IMG/VR virus record: IMGVR_UViG_3300035235_000742
DNA from: an uncultured virus (IMG/VR IMGVR_UViG_3300035235_000742)
Lineage: Duplodnaviria; Heunggongvirae; Uroviricota; Caudoviricetes; Crassvirales
Reading direction: 5' to 3' (one strand)
DNA: 64,000 bases
Below, in pieces: positions 28,263 to 38,801 of the stretch (the stretch's first letter is position 1; each line of letters starts with the position of its first letter). The notes under the pieces are model-generated. The model was not told the DNA's origin. It searched no databases and saw only the letters and a program-made list of their open reading frames with translations. Position numbers and translations under genes: made by a program.

Positions 28263-31200
28263 TCAAGTAATAGTAAATTCTAAACTTGATAAGTTTTGAG
28301 AAGTAGGGTATGTATAAGTCAAGCCTTGTCCACTAGCATCTACCACACTATATATTAACCTATAAGTAGCGGCTGGAGCTGTTGATCTTACCGTAAAATA
28401 ATTTTCATTTACATAAAGAGGTATTGCTAAAGGAACGCCGTCGTTTAAGTTTCTAATAAAACCATTAACACCTTGCCCTAATTCGCATAATAAAGCTATA
28501 TCATTTATAGGATTTGTAATATCTATACAACTAACTATAGACCAAACCAACCCTTGCACTGTTTGTATTTCAGCACCTCTAGCGTATACACCACCTACAG
28601 TTCCTGCACCAATATTCACAAAGCTGCCATTTCTATATTTTGGACTACTAGCATTTGCGGTTGCTGAAGTTCCATCATTACCCCAAAAAGTTCCACCAAC
28701 CCCAGACACAATGTCTGTTATACCTGTTTTACTACCTGCGCTAACAAGTACTGGTGTTTTGTTTTCTAAAAATAAATCTTGAAAAAGAGTTGTTGTATTA
28801 TTACTACCATTAGGTAGAGATGAAGAAGTTACTAGCGTTATAGAGCATGTAAAATTTCTAATACTAGAGTCTAATAAGAATACTTGAGGAGTATCTGTTA
28901 AATATATTTTATATATTGTACTAGATGGTTGAACAGCGTTTGATATTAAAAACTTACTACTTACATCAGATCCATTTTCATCAGCAACAGTCATAGATAA
29001 GCTAATTATGTTAGATAAAGGTATAGACTGGTTTAAAGCGTTAACAGGCTTTATACTCATTATAAATGGATCTATAGCTGAAGTTGGCTCAATAGGTAGA
29101 ACTGGTGTTAAACCTGCGAGCCAATATGCATCTGTTAAAGGAGTTGTAAATTCATTGAAATCAATAGATGATGTTAAAAATCTAGCTGGAATATTTTCAT
29201 CACTATTATTTGCTATATCATAATTCAATCTATCTATTAAACCAGTAGTAGATGTTTCCCAGTATATATCTAATAACGATTCAAAGGCTTCAACTTCTAC
29301 TACAGCTAAATTAGTCCCACCTGTAATACCGTTTGTATAGTCTTGCATTCCAATACCTAAATTTGGTTGGGAGGATGAGTAATTTGAAAAATTTAAACCT
29401 ACACCAGTATTAACAGGTCTTCCATAAAAATCTGAAACTGCAGAATACGATCTTACTGGTGTTGGGGTATTCACTCCTTTATTATAGTAAATATGAGAAC
29501 TTCTGAAAGGACTGTTTGACTGTACAACAGAATATGGATTATCAGGTTGTTTGTAAACAAGAGATGTGTATACGTCTAAAAGTATTGAATCACTAGCTTC
29601 TCTAGCTGCTACATTATAAATTTCTTCCATATTTCCAATGTAAACAACTTCGTCATGTTCACCATTTAAAAGAACTTGCCCATGATAGTAGGTTTCTTCA
29701 GAAAATTTCCAATCAGCTGTTCCAGCTCCGTCAAGGTCTGCATCATACCAAAGAGTACCAAACTGAGAAACTCTAGGAAACAACTTTTGCTTACTAGAAG
29801 AGTATTGAACTTGTGAGTTGCTTTCAGTAACTTGAGCATTGATTTTATTTACATTATCCCCTATTATAGAATAAGTAGTTAAAGCATTAGTATTTGTTCC
29901 TATAGAATCAAACCCTTGGGTTGACGTGGCAGCTTTACCAAGTAAAGGCTCTCCATTTAACGTTACAGGCATGTATATATTATAATAATCTTGCATTTTT
30001 TGTTTAACAACAATCTTATAACTATAAAATCCTAAAATATTTTCTTCATTAACGCTTTCTATTGTAACCGTAGTCAATACAGCTCCCGATGTTAAATTGT
30101 TAATATTTACCGTATCTCCTGCTTCGTAGCCTTTGCCAGAGTAGTTAACTGATACAGCAGTAATTTCCCCACCTGATACTGGTAAAAATGTTGCTGGATC
30201 ATATATTATTGGAGTTGCAACTACATCTACAGTTAGTCCAGATCCAGATGAAGATACGTTAGTTGTAGAAACGTTTTTTGAATTAACATAAAAAGCGTTA
30301 GCATCCGAAGTAAAAGTAAAATCTTTAACACTACCACTAACAGTATAAATCCCTGGATAACCTTCTAAATCTGTAATCTCACTAGGTATTACAGAGTTCC
30401 ACAACATTTTTAAACTGTCACCAACCCAATTTACTATGTTTCCTGTATTAGATGTAATAGGCTCGTATATGTCATCTCCGTTAAAAAATTCATTAAAAAT
30501 TGTATCACCGCTGAATATAACATTATTACTTAAGTCTGTGGATAATTTAGGTGGAGCTAGTATAACGTCTGTTTGTCTTCCAAACCTATCAGATAAAACA
30601 ACTCCTACTTGATACTCTCTATTCTGTTTTAAATTATGATTTGGGTACTCCACGGTGCTATTAGCACTAAATTTATCGCTAATATTTAGTTTTCTACTTA
30701 CTCCAACACTATAATCTAAAGAATTTGGAGAACTATGTCTATTTAAGAAATTACCATAAATAACTCTATTACCACTCACTTCTTGACTTAAAGCTCTTAT
30801 TGGTACTTGATCAGAGACTCTAGTACTTTCTCTAGTTGGTAAAGTTTTAAAAGGTTTGTCACCATCCCATTTATAAATATAAAGATTACTGTTGTTATTT
30901 AATATAGACTGATCACTAACAGGTATGTTTTTTAATGCTAGTATGTTTGTAGAAGAAGAATCAGAGTATATTATTTCGATACTTTTTATTTTCAACTGTT
31001 CTTCTATTTGACCTACCTGTAACTGAGAATTATCAATATACGGCATATTAATAATTAAATTTACTAAACAAGTGTCATTTTCATATAAAAAATTAGTAGT
31101 ATCAAAACCAACTTTACTCATATCGCTAAATGGCGAAGCTCCTTCACCTATAAATTCATCTCCAGATTCGTTGAAAGCTGCTAATGTATCATTTATTTGA

Positions 31201-33050
31201 TAAAAACCGCTTTGTTTTGGTTTAAAAATTGGTTGAGTAAAAGGTGATATTAAAGAAGTTTCGTTGTTATCATAAATAAACCTATACGCTAGTCTGCAAA
31301 ACTTGTCTTCTATAGTTGCTGAGTTACCAACAAAATTTTTTTCATAATAAGGATTTGGAAAAGAAAAATTAAATTGCTTACCCATTCCTCCTGTTGTAGT
31401 TCCCGACGCGGTGTCTAAAAAAACAGGCCATGTCCACTCTAAAATTGGTTCTCCATCTGCATCAATTTTTCTAACAGTTACAGCTACATCAGTATTATCA
31501 AATCCATTTTCATTAGTATAACCCGGGGTGCTATACCCACCGTTACTAATAAGTATTTGATCAATAATATATGAACTACCATCTTCAACAAACGCAGCGT
31601 TGTTAATTCTCATACCTGGTTGTAGCATTTGAGCTAAAAACCTTCTATAATAATAACCTGTTAAATCATTACCTATATTATACGCCATAGTGCTGTTATT
31701 AGAAATAAGTTGCACTGGGTACGCACCAATTGATTTTTGAATATCTGTTAAAGCGTAAGAAGATGGAGGATTTGGAGGATCTGCATATGGTGGGTTGCCA
31801 GTGCCACCTTGAAATGGCAAAGGTAATTGATAAATACCTTGCCCACCAGGAGCACCTTGATCGTCAAAAACTTTTTGACTAACTTGTTTAAGAATATTTG
31901 TTTGACCACTTGTTACCCTAAGTACCCTAGCGCCACCATTTAACCTGTAAGTTGGCTTTAGCCATTGCTCTTTTGGATTAACACTGCCTTCAGCTAATAG
32001 TCTTAAAACAGCTGTTCCTTGAAACGCTATTTTAACACTTGGATCAAGTTCATCTAAAATATAAAAAGGAATATTACTATAAAACTCTAAAAGGTTTACA
32101 TCTCTATTTTGGTTATATCCTCCAGAAGGATTATTTTTGTTTCCAGGAGTTTGACTCCATCCAATGTCTGTTGTGTTAGGCCCATATGAATTATTACCAG
32201 TTCCACCAGTATAGGGTTGAATAGGCCAATTTCTAATTTCATTATAATAAGGATAAGTGTTTTTAAATTCTTGAAGAATAACATTGGGATTAGTATGGGT
32301 ATAAGATACTAATTCAAATTTTAAACCTGGATGTAATTTTAGCGTAGGTGTCCCACTAGTTATAGTACATTTACTATTAAATTCTATTTGAGGATAATTA
32401 TTTGGTAAATTAACACTACCTGGCCAGGATATTGATACTGTTGAAACGTCTACTGTAATTTCTTCTTGATTATAAACTTCAGGAGCTTGAAAAGGATAAT
32501 ACTTAGCAACAGATATATTTTCTTCTATAGTATAATAAGGCTTTATGCTATTTGAGGGGTTTGCAATAGCTTTTTCTATATTTATTTTTCTTGGTTGATT
32601 TCTGTTATCTGTCCAAAATAACAAATCTTCTACAACATTTATACCAAATATTCTATGAGTTTTAGAAAAATTTAAAAAACTACCAGACACTAAAGATATA
32701 GTTTCTCCAGATGTTATATTGTAAACAATTATAGAGCAATGTGCTTTTTTTGGAGCTTTGTTACTCAACCTGTCAGTTGAAGAGTCAACATAATTAGTGT
32801 AAAAAGCAAATATTCTATTTTTTCCAGGCTCCTCTTTTACACCTATAAGTTCAACTCCTATTGCTGTTGGTGGAGTAAAAGTTCCTATAAGTTTATTTCC
32901 TAGTATATTTTCTAAAGCACCTACATCAGCGCCTTCAGAAGTACTAACTGTTACATTAACCGCATCTCTATATTCTCCTGCCGGCAATATTCTTGCGTCA
33001 AGGTCTTTGTTCATCTTAGACTTTATAAAGGTATTCCTTACTTCTGCCAT
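28263..33050 (-). CDS. large tail nozzle/stabilization-like protein (N-terminal part)
   Basis: MAEVRNTFIKSKMNKDLD.R.LP.GEYRDAVN, LLFWTDNRNQPRKINI, NRVIYGNF. Confidence 0.7.
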   Translation of the reverse strand: MAEVRNTFIKSKMNKDLDARILPAGEYRDAVNVTVSTSEGADVGALENILGNKLIGTFTPPTAIGVELIGVKEEPGKNRIFAFYTNYVDSSTDRLSNKAPKKAHCSIIVYNITSGETISLVSGSFLNFSKTHRIFGINVVEDLLFWTDNRNQPRKINIEKAIANPSNSIKPYYTIEENISVAKYYPFQAPEVYNQEEITVDVSTVSISWPGSVNLPNNYPQIEFNSKCTITSGTPTLKLHPGLKFELVSYTHTNPNVILQEFKNTYPYYNEIRNWPIQPYTGGTGNNSYGPNTTDIGWSQTPGNKNNPSGGYNQNRDVNLLEFYSNIPFYILDELDPSVKIAFQGTAVLRLLAEGSVNPKEQWLKPTYRLNGGARVLRVTSGQTNILKQVSQKVFDDQGAPGGQGIYQLPLPFQGGTGNPPYADPPNPPSSYALTDIQKSIGAYPVQLISNNSTMAYNIGNDLTGYYYRRFLAQMLQPGMRINNAAFVEDGSSYIIDQILISNGGYSTPGYTNENGFDNTDVAVTVRKIDADGEPILEWTWPVFLDTASGTTTGGMGKQFNFSFPNPYYEKNFVGNSATIEDKFCRLAYRFIYDNNETSLISPFTQPIFKPKQSGFYQINDTLAAFNESGDEFIGEGASPFSDMSKVGFDTTNFLYENDTCLVNLIINMPYIDNSQLQVGQIEEQLKIKSIEIIYSDSSSTNILALKNIPVSDQSILNNNSNLYIYKWDGDKPFKTLPTRESTRVSDQVPIRALSQEVSGNRVIYGNFLNRHSSPNSLDYSVGVSRKLNISDKFSANSTVEYPNHNLKQNREYQVGVVLSDRFGRQTDVILAPPKLSTDLSNNVIFSGDTIFNEFFNGDDIYEPITSNTGNIVNWVGDSLKMLWNSVIPSEITDLEGYPGIYTVSGSVKDFTFTSDANAFYVNSKNVSTTNVSSSGSGLTVDVVATPIIYDPATFLPVSGGEITAVSVNYSGKGYEAGDTVNINNLTSGAVLTTVTIESVNEENILGFYSYKIVVKQKMQDYYNIYMPVTLNGEPLLGKAATSTQGFDSIGTNTNALTTYSIIGDNVNKINAQVTESNSQVQYSSSKQKLFPRVSQFGTLWYDADLDGAGTADWKFSEETYYHGQVLLNGEHDEVVYIGNMEEIYNVAAREASDSILLDVYTSLVYKQPDNPYSVVQSNSPFRSSHIYYNKGVNTPTPVRSYSAVSDFYGRPVNTGVGLNFSNYSSSQPNLGIGMQDYTNGITGGTNLAVVEVEAFESLLDIYWETSTTGLIDRLNYDIANNSDENIPARFLTSSIDFNEFTTPLTDAYWLAGLTPVLPIEPTSAIDPFIMSIKPVNALNQSIPLSNIISLSMTVADENGSDVSSKFLISNAVQPSSTIYKIYLTDTPQVFLLDSSIRNFTCSITLVTSSSLPNGSNNTTTLFQDLFLENKTPVLVSAGSKTGITDIVSGVGGTFWGNDGTSATANASSPKYRNGSFVNIGAGTVGGVYARGAEIQTVQGLVWSIVSCIDITNPINDIALLCELGQGVNGFIRNLNDGVPLAIPLYVNENYFTVRSTAPAATYRLIYSVVDASGQGLTYTYPTSQNLSSLEFTIT

Positions 33051-33052
33051 AA

Positions 33053-34270
33053 TTAACTTTTAATCCATTTAGATTTACCACGCATTATTTGTGTAAATTC
33101 TTCAAGCTTAACATTACTTAATCTTATTTTTGCATTTCTAAGTTTAGCCGATCTTTCTCTTTTATATCTTTGAACTACATATTCTGGAAAATTAGATCTA
33201 GTAGATATTATACTATACATTATATGCATGTATAGAGCATCCTCAGCTAGCTTAGGGATGTGAGTATCCTCATCATATGCTAAGCCATCAGATATGTATT
33301 CTAGTATGATTAATTGATTAGCTAGATCAGAACTAAAAGCAAATACTCCTCTTCTTTCATCTATAGTAAACCAACCATTCTTTTGCGATGTCTCTGGGTT
33401 TAAACCGTATCTTTGGCCATAGGCCATTTTCCACCAAGCCCAATCATATACACCTTCGTTAGTAAAATCATTCACGCTTATTTGCCCATTTAAATCTCTT
33501 TGATTAGCACTTTTCCACCTTTGATTAGTTAAAGATTGTTGAGCTTGAGACGAGTTACCATAAACATCTTGAATAGGTACACCAGCACTATCTTGCAATG
33601 GAACTTGTTCAGGATTGCTAGTTAGTGTTGTTGGGTATATAACGTGTTTAACACCGAGCGCATCTATCCATGATAGCTGAACATAGTTTACATAGTCTTG
33701 TGGTAGCACTAGCGAAAGACTAGGTGGTATAGTTAATTCTTGTGATTTAACGCTTCTTAAAGTATCATAACTAAACTCTTGTAAACCTCTTTTAGCATGA
33801 AATATAACGTCAGATCTTTTTACTCTAGGTATAATTTTATCAACACCTACATAAGCAACCATAAAGTTATTTACTATGTCTTTTAGATTAACGTATTGAT
33901 AACTTTTATAATTGTCCCATAATGAAGGTTTATTTAATCTAACTGTTATTGTAGCGGTCGTGGGGATAGGTGTTATCACGCCAGTATTAGGATCTGCAGT
34001 AGAGGTTAAAGTTAAAATCTGAGTTTGAACACCATCTACTATAGTTGTGGCAAGTGATTGAGTTATGTAGTATGGGGATAAAGTTGGATATTGCTCTACG
34101 TTATCTATGAATACTTTATAATTATTATAAGACGTTGGGGTTGAAGCAGCATCCCATATTAAAGGTGTCATTACACTAGGCCAAGTTAAGGTATTAGTTG
34201 CTGTTCCATCTGGTGTATAGTTTTCTTCACCTGTGTAATACTGAGAAGAGTTTTGTTTTATTAGTCCCAT
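33053..34270 (-). CDS. tail tubular/ring (adaptor) protein
   Basis: Position after the capsid module; LPQDYVNYVQL pattern. Confidence 0.6.
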   Translation of the reverse strand: MGLIKQNSSQYYTGEENYTPDGTATNTLTWPSVMTPLIWDAASTPTSYNNYKVFIDNVEQYPTLSPYYITQSLATTIVDGVQTQILTLTSTADPNTGVITPIPTTATITVRLNKPSLWDNYKSYQYVNLKDIVNNFMVAYVGVDKIIPRVKRSDVIFHAKRGLQEFSYDTLRSVKSQELTIPPSLSLVLPQDYVNYVQLSWIDALGVKHVIYPTTLTSNPEQVPLQDSAGVPIQDVYGNSSQAQQSLTNQRWKSANQRDLNGQISVNDFTNEGVYDWAWWKMAYGQRYGLNPETSQKNGWFTIDERRGVFAFSSDLANQLIILEYISDGLAYDEDTHIPKLAEDALYMHIMYSIISTRSNFPEYVVQRYKRERSAKLRNAKIRLSNVKLEEFTQIMRGKSKWIKS

Positions 34271-34273
34271 TTA

Positions 34274-35356
34274 TTATCTTTTATTATTATTTTCTTCTTG
34301 AGCTAACTCTTGTGAAGCTACCTGAACTATACTTGGATCTCTAACAATAACTCCAGCATATTTTAATATTTCTAATATAACTTCAGTTTGTTGGCTATCA
34401 CTTATTTCAAAATCAACAGATCCTGCAGACGGAACAACTGGCACAAAGTTAGATGCTTGTAATGTAAAAACTGTAACGCCAGCAGAACTTCCAGCAAACG
34501 AATTGCCATCACCTAGCGCTATTTGATCACCTATATTAAATCCGGTTCCTCCACTTGTTATAGTAAAAGACTTAAGTGGTCCTTTTCCAGTACCAGGATC
34601 TATATCTACAGTAAAATCAGCAGCAGCTCCTGTGCCACCCGTTGGTGTAATGGTTACAAAAGAATTTGTATTAGTATTTGGAATAGTAGAACTTCCACTA
34701 GCAATTGCACAGTTTACTAAACCATTTTGTACTGCAACAGTTGTGTTAAACAAGTCTTGATTTGTTTTAAGAATACCAGTAAAGGTTATTAGAGGATTTG
34801 GATCATATATGTATTGACCTAACGAACCTACTGTAAAACCCCATCTAGGGTCTTTAGGTTTTCTAATATAGTTAAATGTAACATCTGCTTTATCAGAAGC
34901 TAATTCGCTTGGAAATACAGTTAGTTTATCTTTTTGATATTTAGCAACAGGAAAATTGTTTGTTGGTTGAGTTAATGGAGATAATTTCATTTCGTTATAA
35001 TCTCTATTGCTTAAAATTTCTATAGGTGGTGAATTAACACCTTTATTCCACGAAGCAGATCCAAACCTGTGTAATCCAGTTGGCTGAGTATAAACATTAC
35101 CTGTTTGATCAGATGCATTTTCTGTTTCTTCAAACACTTGAAACTCTTGTAAGATGTGATCAACTCTAGATGCAAATTCAACATCTGTTTTAGGCATTCG
35201 TAAATACTGGTTATAGTCCTCAAAGAACTTTTCAAAAATCTCTAATTGAACTTGAGTGGCTATCTTATTAAATTCGTCAGGGGTTAAATATCCTCGCTGC
35301 TCTTTGTTTAATATGCTTAATACCGTTGTATATACCGTGTTTACGTTTATTGCCAT
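34274..35356 (-). CDS. tail tubular/ring (adaptor) protein
   Basis: LNKEQRGYLTPDEFN..A..VQ N-terminus, YIRKP motif. Confidence 0.62.
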   Translation of the reverse strand: MAINVNTVYTTVLSILNKEQRGYLTPDEFNKIATQVQLEIFEKFFEDYNQYLRMPKTDVEFASRVDHILQEFQVFEETENASDQTGNVYTQPTGLHRFGSASWNKGVNSPPIEILSNRDYNEMKLSPLTQPTNNFPVAKYQKDKLTVFPSELASDKADVTFNYIRKPKDPRWGFTVGSLGQYIYDPNPLITFTGILKTNQDLFNTTVAVQNGLVNCAIASGSSTIPNTNTNSFVTITPTGGTGAAADFTVDIDPGTGKGPLKSFTITSGGTGFNIGDQIALGDGNSFAGSSAGVTVFTLQASNFVPVVPSAGSVDFEISDSQQTEVILEILKYAGVIVRDPSIVQVASQELAQEENNNKR

Positions 35357-35368
35357 TTTAATTTTTTT

Positions 35369-35398
35369 AAAAAAAAAAGGGTGGCGTTAACCACCCTT
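35369..35398 (-). terminator. intrinsic terminator
   Basis: - strand AAGGGTGG-ttaacg-CCACCCTT followed by a long T run. Confidence 0.8.
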
Positions 35399-35401
35399 AC
35401 T

Positions 35402-35429
35402 TATAATCACTTGTTATTTAAGTTTTTTA
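35402..35429 (-). promoter_or_regulatory. class B promoter-like motif
   Basis: TAAAaaacttaaataacaaGTGATTATA on the - strand. Confidence 0.45.
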
Positions 35430-36178
35430 TCTATAGACTTGTATACTTCAAGTCCTTCATCTGTTTTAAACCATGAAGCCATTGCTGAATAAGGGTTTTC
35501 ATCAAAAGGTACTGTCATTAATTTACGACCATTACTAGCCCATTTAAAAGTCTTTTGATCTGAATCTAAATTTATTATTTTAGCTTCAACAGCTTTTATA
35601 GCAAAATTTCTTAACTCTACATTTTCATCTTCCGATAAATTTATAAGTAAAGCTGGATTTCTTTTTGCAAATATTAATAAATCTCTTTTTAATTCTTTAG
35701 AACTTAATTGAGAAACAGAAGAGCCTTGTTCTACTCTTAGTATTGCTTCTGCTTTATCTACGTCCATATCATACGCTATATTTAGTGCTCTTATTTCTAG
35801 CTCTAAGTAATCATATTGATCTTCCGCTTCAACCACAACATCGTGCTCTCTAAATATAAGACCGTTGTGTGGGTGTTTTTCAAGAAACTCTTGTAGGTTT
35901 CTTTTTTCTTTAGCTACACTTAAATGTCCTTTTTCAAAAACTAAATGTTTAAGTGTCACTGAACCTTTTTGCTCATCAACAAATATACTTTTATGATTTG
36001 AAGCATATCTTAATTCTCTTTCATAACCTAACTCTGGATCAAACCAAACTAAAGGGTATCTAGCAGAGTGTCTAGATGGCAGAGTGTATGTTAAAGGTTC
36101 ACCTTTAACTAAATAATAATTTCTATTTTTATACTCCCAAGTATCTTGTTTTGGAGTCTTTTTTTCTTTTGTTTCCAT
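35414..36178 (-). CDS. conserved-type structural/assembly hypothetical protein
   Basis: 254 aa downstream of the capsid genes. Confidence 0.65.
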   Translation of the reverse strand: METKEKKTPKQDTWEYKNRNYYLVKGEPLTYTLPSRHSARYPLVWFDPELGYERELRYASNHKSIFVDEQKGSVTLKHLVFEKGHLSVAKEKRNLQEFLEKHPHNGLIFREHDVVVEAEDQYDYLELEIRALNIAYDMDVDKAEAILRVEQGSSVSQLSSKELKRDLLIFAKRNPALLINLSEDENVELRNFAIKAVEAKIINLDSDQKTFKWASNGRKLMTVPFDENPYSAMASWFKTDEGLEVYKSIDKKLK

Positions 36179-36200
36179 AATATAATATAATATAATAATT

Positions 36201-36228
36201 AAAAAAGATCCTACCGAAGTAGGACCTT
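36201..36228 (-). terminator. intrinsic terminator with C(UUCG)G tetraloop
   Basis: - strand AAGGTCCTAC-TTCG-GTAGGATCTTTTTT. Confidence 0.85.
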
Positions 36229-36238
36229 ATTATTGTTT

Positions 36239-36850
36239 TTAACCTATAAATAGATCAGTAGCAAAAACACCATCTGGTAAAACCAAAGAAGGTTGAGAAT
36301 TAGGAGATGTACAAGCTTCAACAAGAACATTGTTGATACGCTTAGTAATATCTACATAATTATTTGCAGTTCCATTAGCTATTTCTATAGTCCAAGGTCT
36401 CGTGTGATCATTTTCTAGTTGCTGTATTTTCCAAGTTGTATAACTAGATGCATCAGGCAAAACACAAGCAAGCAAACCATTTGAAGGTAGTAATATGTAA
36501 CCTTCAAAAGCTCCACCAGCTATCATGTTGTCTTCTAGTAAAAGAGTAACATCTACATCATTAGCGCCACTATTTATTGCGTTAGCAGCAAGAATAGTAA
36601 CTGTAATGGTTTGTCCAGCTGAATAATCTTGACCAGCAAGATCTACTGTAACAGTAACAACAGATGATGGATTAGAGCTGAATGTGAATTTAGCTCCACT
36701 TCCACCACCATCACTTACAGAGTCTAGCGAACCAGAAGTTTGGCTTGCATTAACAGTTAAAGCTGTAATGTCCCAATTAGCTATTGCTGCAGCATCATTA
36801 CCTACCTTATCTAGTGTTCCAAGTAAAGGTATTTTTATTGAATTTCCCAT
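36239..36850 (-). CDS. putative capsid accessory/decoration protein
   Basis: 203 aa, beta-rich, co-transcribed after the MCP. Confidence 0.55.
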   Translation of the reverse strand: MGNSIKIPLLGTLDKVGNDAAAIANWDITALTVNASQTSGSLDSVSDGGGSGAKFTFSSNPSSVVTVTVDLAGQDYSAGQTITVTILAANAINSGANDVDVTLLLEDNMIAGGAFEGYILLPSNGLLACVLPDASSYTTWKIQQLENDHTRPWTIEIANGTANNYVDITKRINNVLVEACTSPNSQPSLVLPDGVFATDLFIG

Positions 36851-36859
36851 AATTAAAAG

Positions 36860-37192
36860 TTATTTAGGTACAGCAACACCGCCAGCAGTAAAAGCAAATG
36901 GAGTCGTAGTATCTAATTTAGCCTCACTAGGCATTTTAAATTTTACCATCGCGTTTGGCGACTGTTGTATTCTTAGCACTGCAGCTTGTAACTGTGTTAC
37001 ATCTGCGTCTATTACGTTGCTTGAGAATTTTAGATCAACAGCCCAAACTTTTGGACCTGAATCTGAGGCTATATTGTAATAACACGTAATTGAATCAGTA
37101 GCACCTGCTTTTTGATCAACTCTATATACATCTTTTACATTAATAGCTAATTCACCGCCTGCGTTCCAGTCAATGCTTAACAAATTGTTCAT
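36860..37192 (-). CDS. putative capsid accessory protein
   Basis: 110 aa directly after the MCP. Confidence 0.55.
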   Translation of the reverse strand: MNNLLSIDWNAGGELAINVKDVYRVDQKAGATDSITCYYNIASDSGPKVWAVDLKFSSNVIDADVTQLQAAVLRIQQSPNAMVKFKMPSEAKLDTTTPFAFTAGGVAVPK

Positions 37193-37215
37193 AATTTTTA
37201 TTATTTAAAGATTAA

Positions 37216-37237
37216 TAAAGCAGGGATTTCTCCCTGC
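37216..37237 (-). terminator. hairpin/terminator after the major capsid gene
   Basis: - strand GCAGGGA-GAAA-TCCCTGC-TTTA. Confidence 0.7.
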
Positions 37238-37249
37238 ATTATATACTAA

Positions 37250-38779
37250 TTAAGCTCCTTTAAACAATACAAAATTGTTTGCAGCTTGAGTTACTAAACA
37301 TCTTTCAGATAAGAAACTTACAGTCATCGCATCTAAAGTGTCAGTGTAAGCACCACCTACTGAACCAGTAATCCAAGATTTCATTCTTCGATCTTCAGTT
37401 TCAGAAGCTCTATATCTTACGTGTAAGAATGGACGTCTAATATTAGATCCTAACATTTGATCGTATACTGTAGTTGTTCCAGCAGGAACCATTACACCAT
37501 CGATTTCTTTAGATAATCCTCTAGTAGAAGCATCATTTAAGTATTTCCAATCAGTCTTATAGAAGTCATAAGAACCTCTTCTAAAACCTGAAAATCCAAA
37601 GTTTAATGCCATGTCACCATCATTGTCAAAAAGACCATAAGAAGCAGCTTGAGTAGAAGCAAATCCACCATTAACAGCGGCAATCATATCATCAAAATCA
37701 AGAGCAGTAGCTCTAGATAAGAATAACATGTTCTCTTCAATAGCACCTTGCTTGTCTAAGTTTTTAAGGATTTCATCAAAATCACCTAAAGCACCTGAAC
37801 CAGGAGCAGCAGCTCCAGCAAAACCAGAATATACATTACCTCTTTTTTCTATAGCAGCAAATAAACCTTCTGTACCTTTAACAAACTGATCATCAGAAGC
37901 AGTTGGAAAATCATATTTTACGGTAGAATTAACAATAGTGGCTGGAGTTGATCCATCCATGTATTCACCTTCAATCATAGCCATTTCAAGATAATCTTCA
38001 AATCTTAATCTAGTTTCAGATTCAGCTTTTAAATACCATAGGTATCCAGAAGTTCCATCTTCAGTAGCAACTTCAACCCACCCAATTTGAGCAGCATCAG
38101 AACCATTGATTTTAAAATTGTCTTTTATTATAATTGGAGAATTAGCATATTGAGTAAAAGATGGCTCAATAGAACCTTCCATACCTACAGTACCTTTTCC
38201 AAAATCAGAACCGTAAACAAATAAGTTTACATTTTTAGCTCCACCAGAAACAAGTCCAGCAGAAGCAATTGGAGTACCTCCAACAGTTCCATATATAGCT
38301 AATTTAAGAACATTCTTTGTAGCGCCAATACCTTGAGCGGCATCACCAATACTTTGAACTAAACCTTTTAATGTAACTAATCCAGTAGCATTATCAGATA
38401 AAAGAACTGTTTGACCTACTCTTACAGCACCAGTTGTTGAACCTTGATCAGCCATAATTATTTCTACAGAAACATTAGTGTCTCCAACTACAGCATCAGT
38501 AGCTGTGGCGTTTTTATAAGAAACGTGAAGTCTATTTTGTTCAGACCAAATTACTTGATCAGACGTCATAGGCATTTCAGCTCCTACCATTCTCAAGAAA
38601 CCACCTAAAGTTCGGTTTCCGTATCTTTCTACTTCTGCTTCGTAAAGCTCAGGTAGATATTGTTGTGCGAAGTTCCCACCATCAGTGCTATCAAAAGATA
38701 AATAATTATCTCTCAACGCCATTCTTTTTTGTGAAGGAACTAAACTTGCGGGAAAACTCCCACCTGTTGTAAAACTCAT
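37250..38779 (-). CDS. major capsid protein
   Basis: 509 aa after portal and scaffold; abundant-protein codon bias; terminator follows. Confidence 0.8.
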   Translation of the reverse strand: MSFTTGGSFPASLVPSQKRMALRDNYLSFDSTDGGNFAQQYLPELYEAEVERYGNRTLGGFLRMVGAEMPMTSDQVIWSEQNRLHVSYKNATATDAVVGDTNVSVEIIMADQGSTTGAVRVGQTVLLSDNATGLVTLKGLVQSIGDAAQGIGATKNVLKLAIYGTVGGTPIASAGLVSGGAKNVNLFVYGSDFGKGTVGMEGSIEPSFTQYANSPIIIKDNFKINGSDAAQIGWVEVATEDGTSGYLWYLKAESETRLRFEDYLEMAMIEGEYMDGSTPATIVNSTVKYDFPTASDDQFVKGTEGLFAAIEKRGNVYSGFAGAAAPGSGALGDFDEILKNLDKQGAIEENMLFLSRATALDFDDMIAAVNGGFASTQAASYGLFDNDGDMALNFGFSGFRRGSYDFYKTDWKYLNDASTRGLSKEIDGVMVPAGTTTVYDQMLGSNIRRPFLHVRYRASETEDRRMKSWITGSVGGAYTDTLDAMTVSFLSERCLVTQAANNFVLFKGA

Positions 38780-38801
38780 GTTTTTTAATTTTTAGTTGTT
38801 G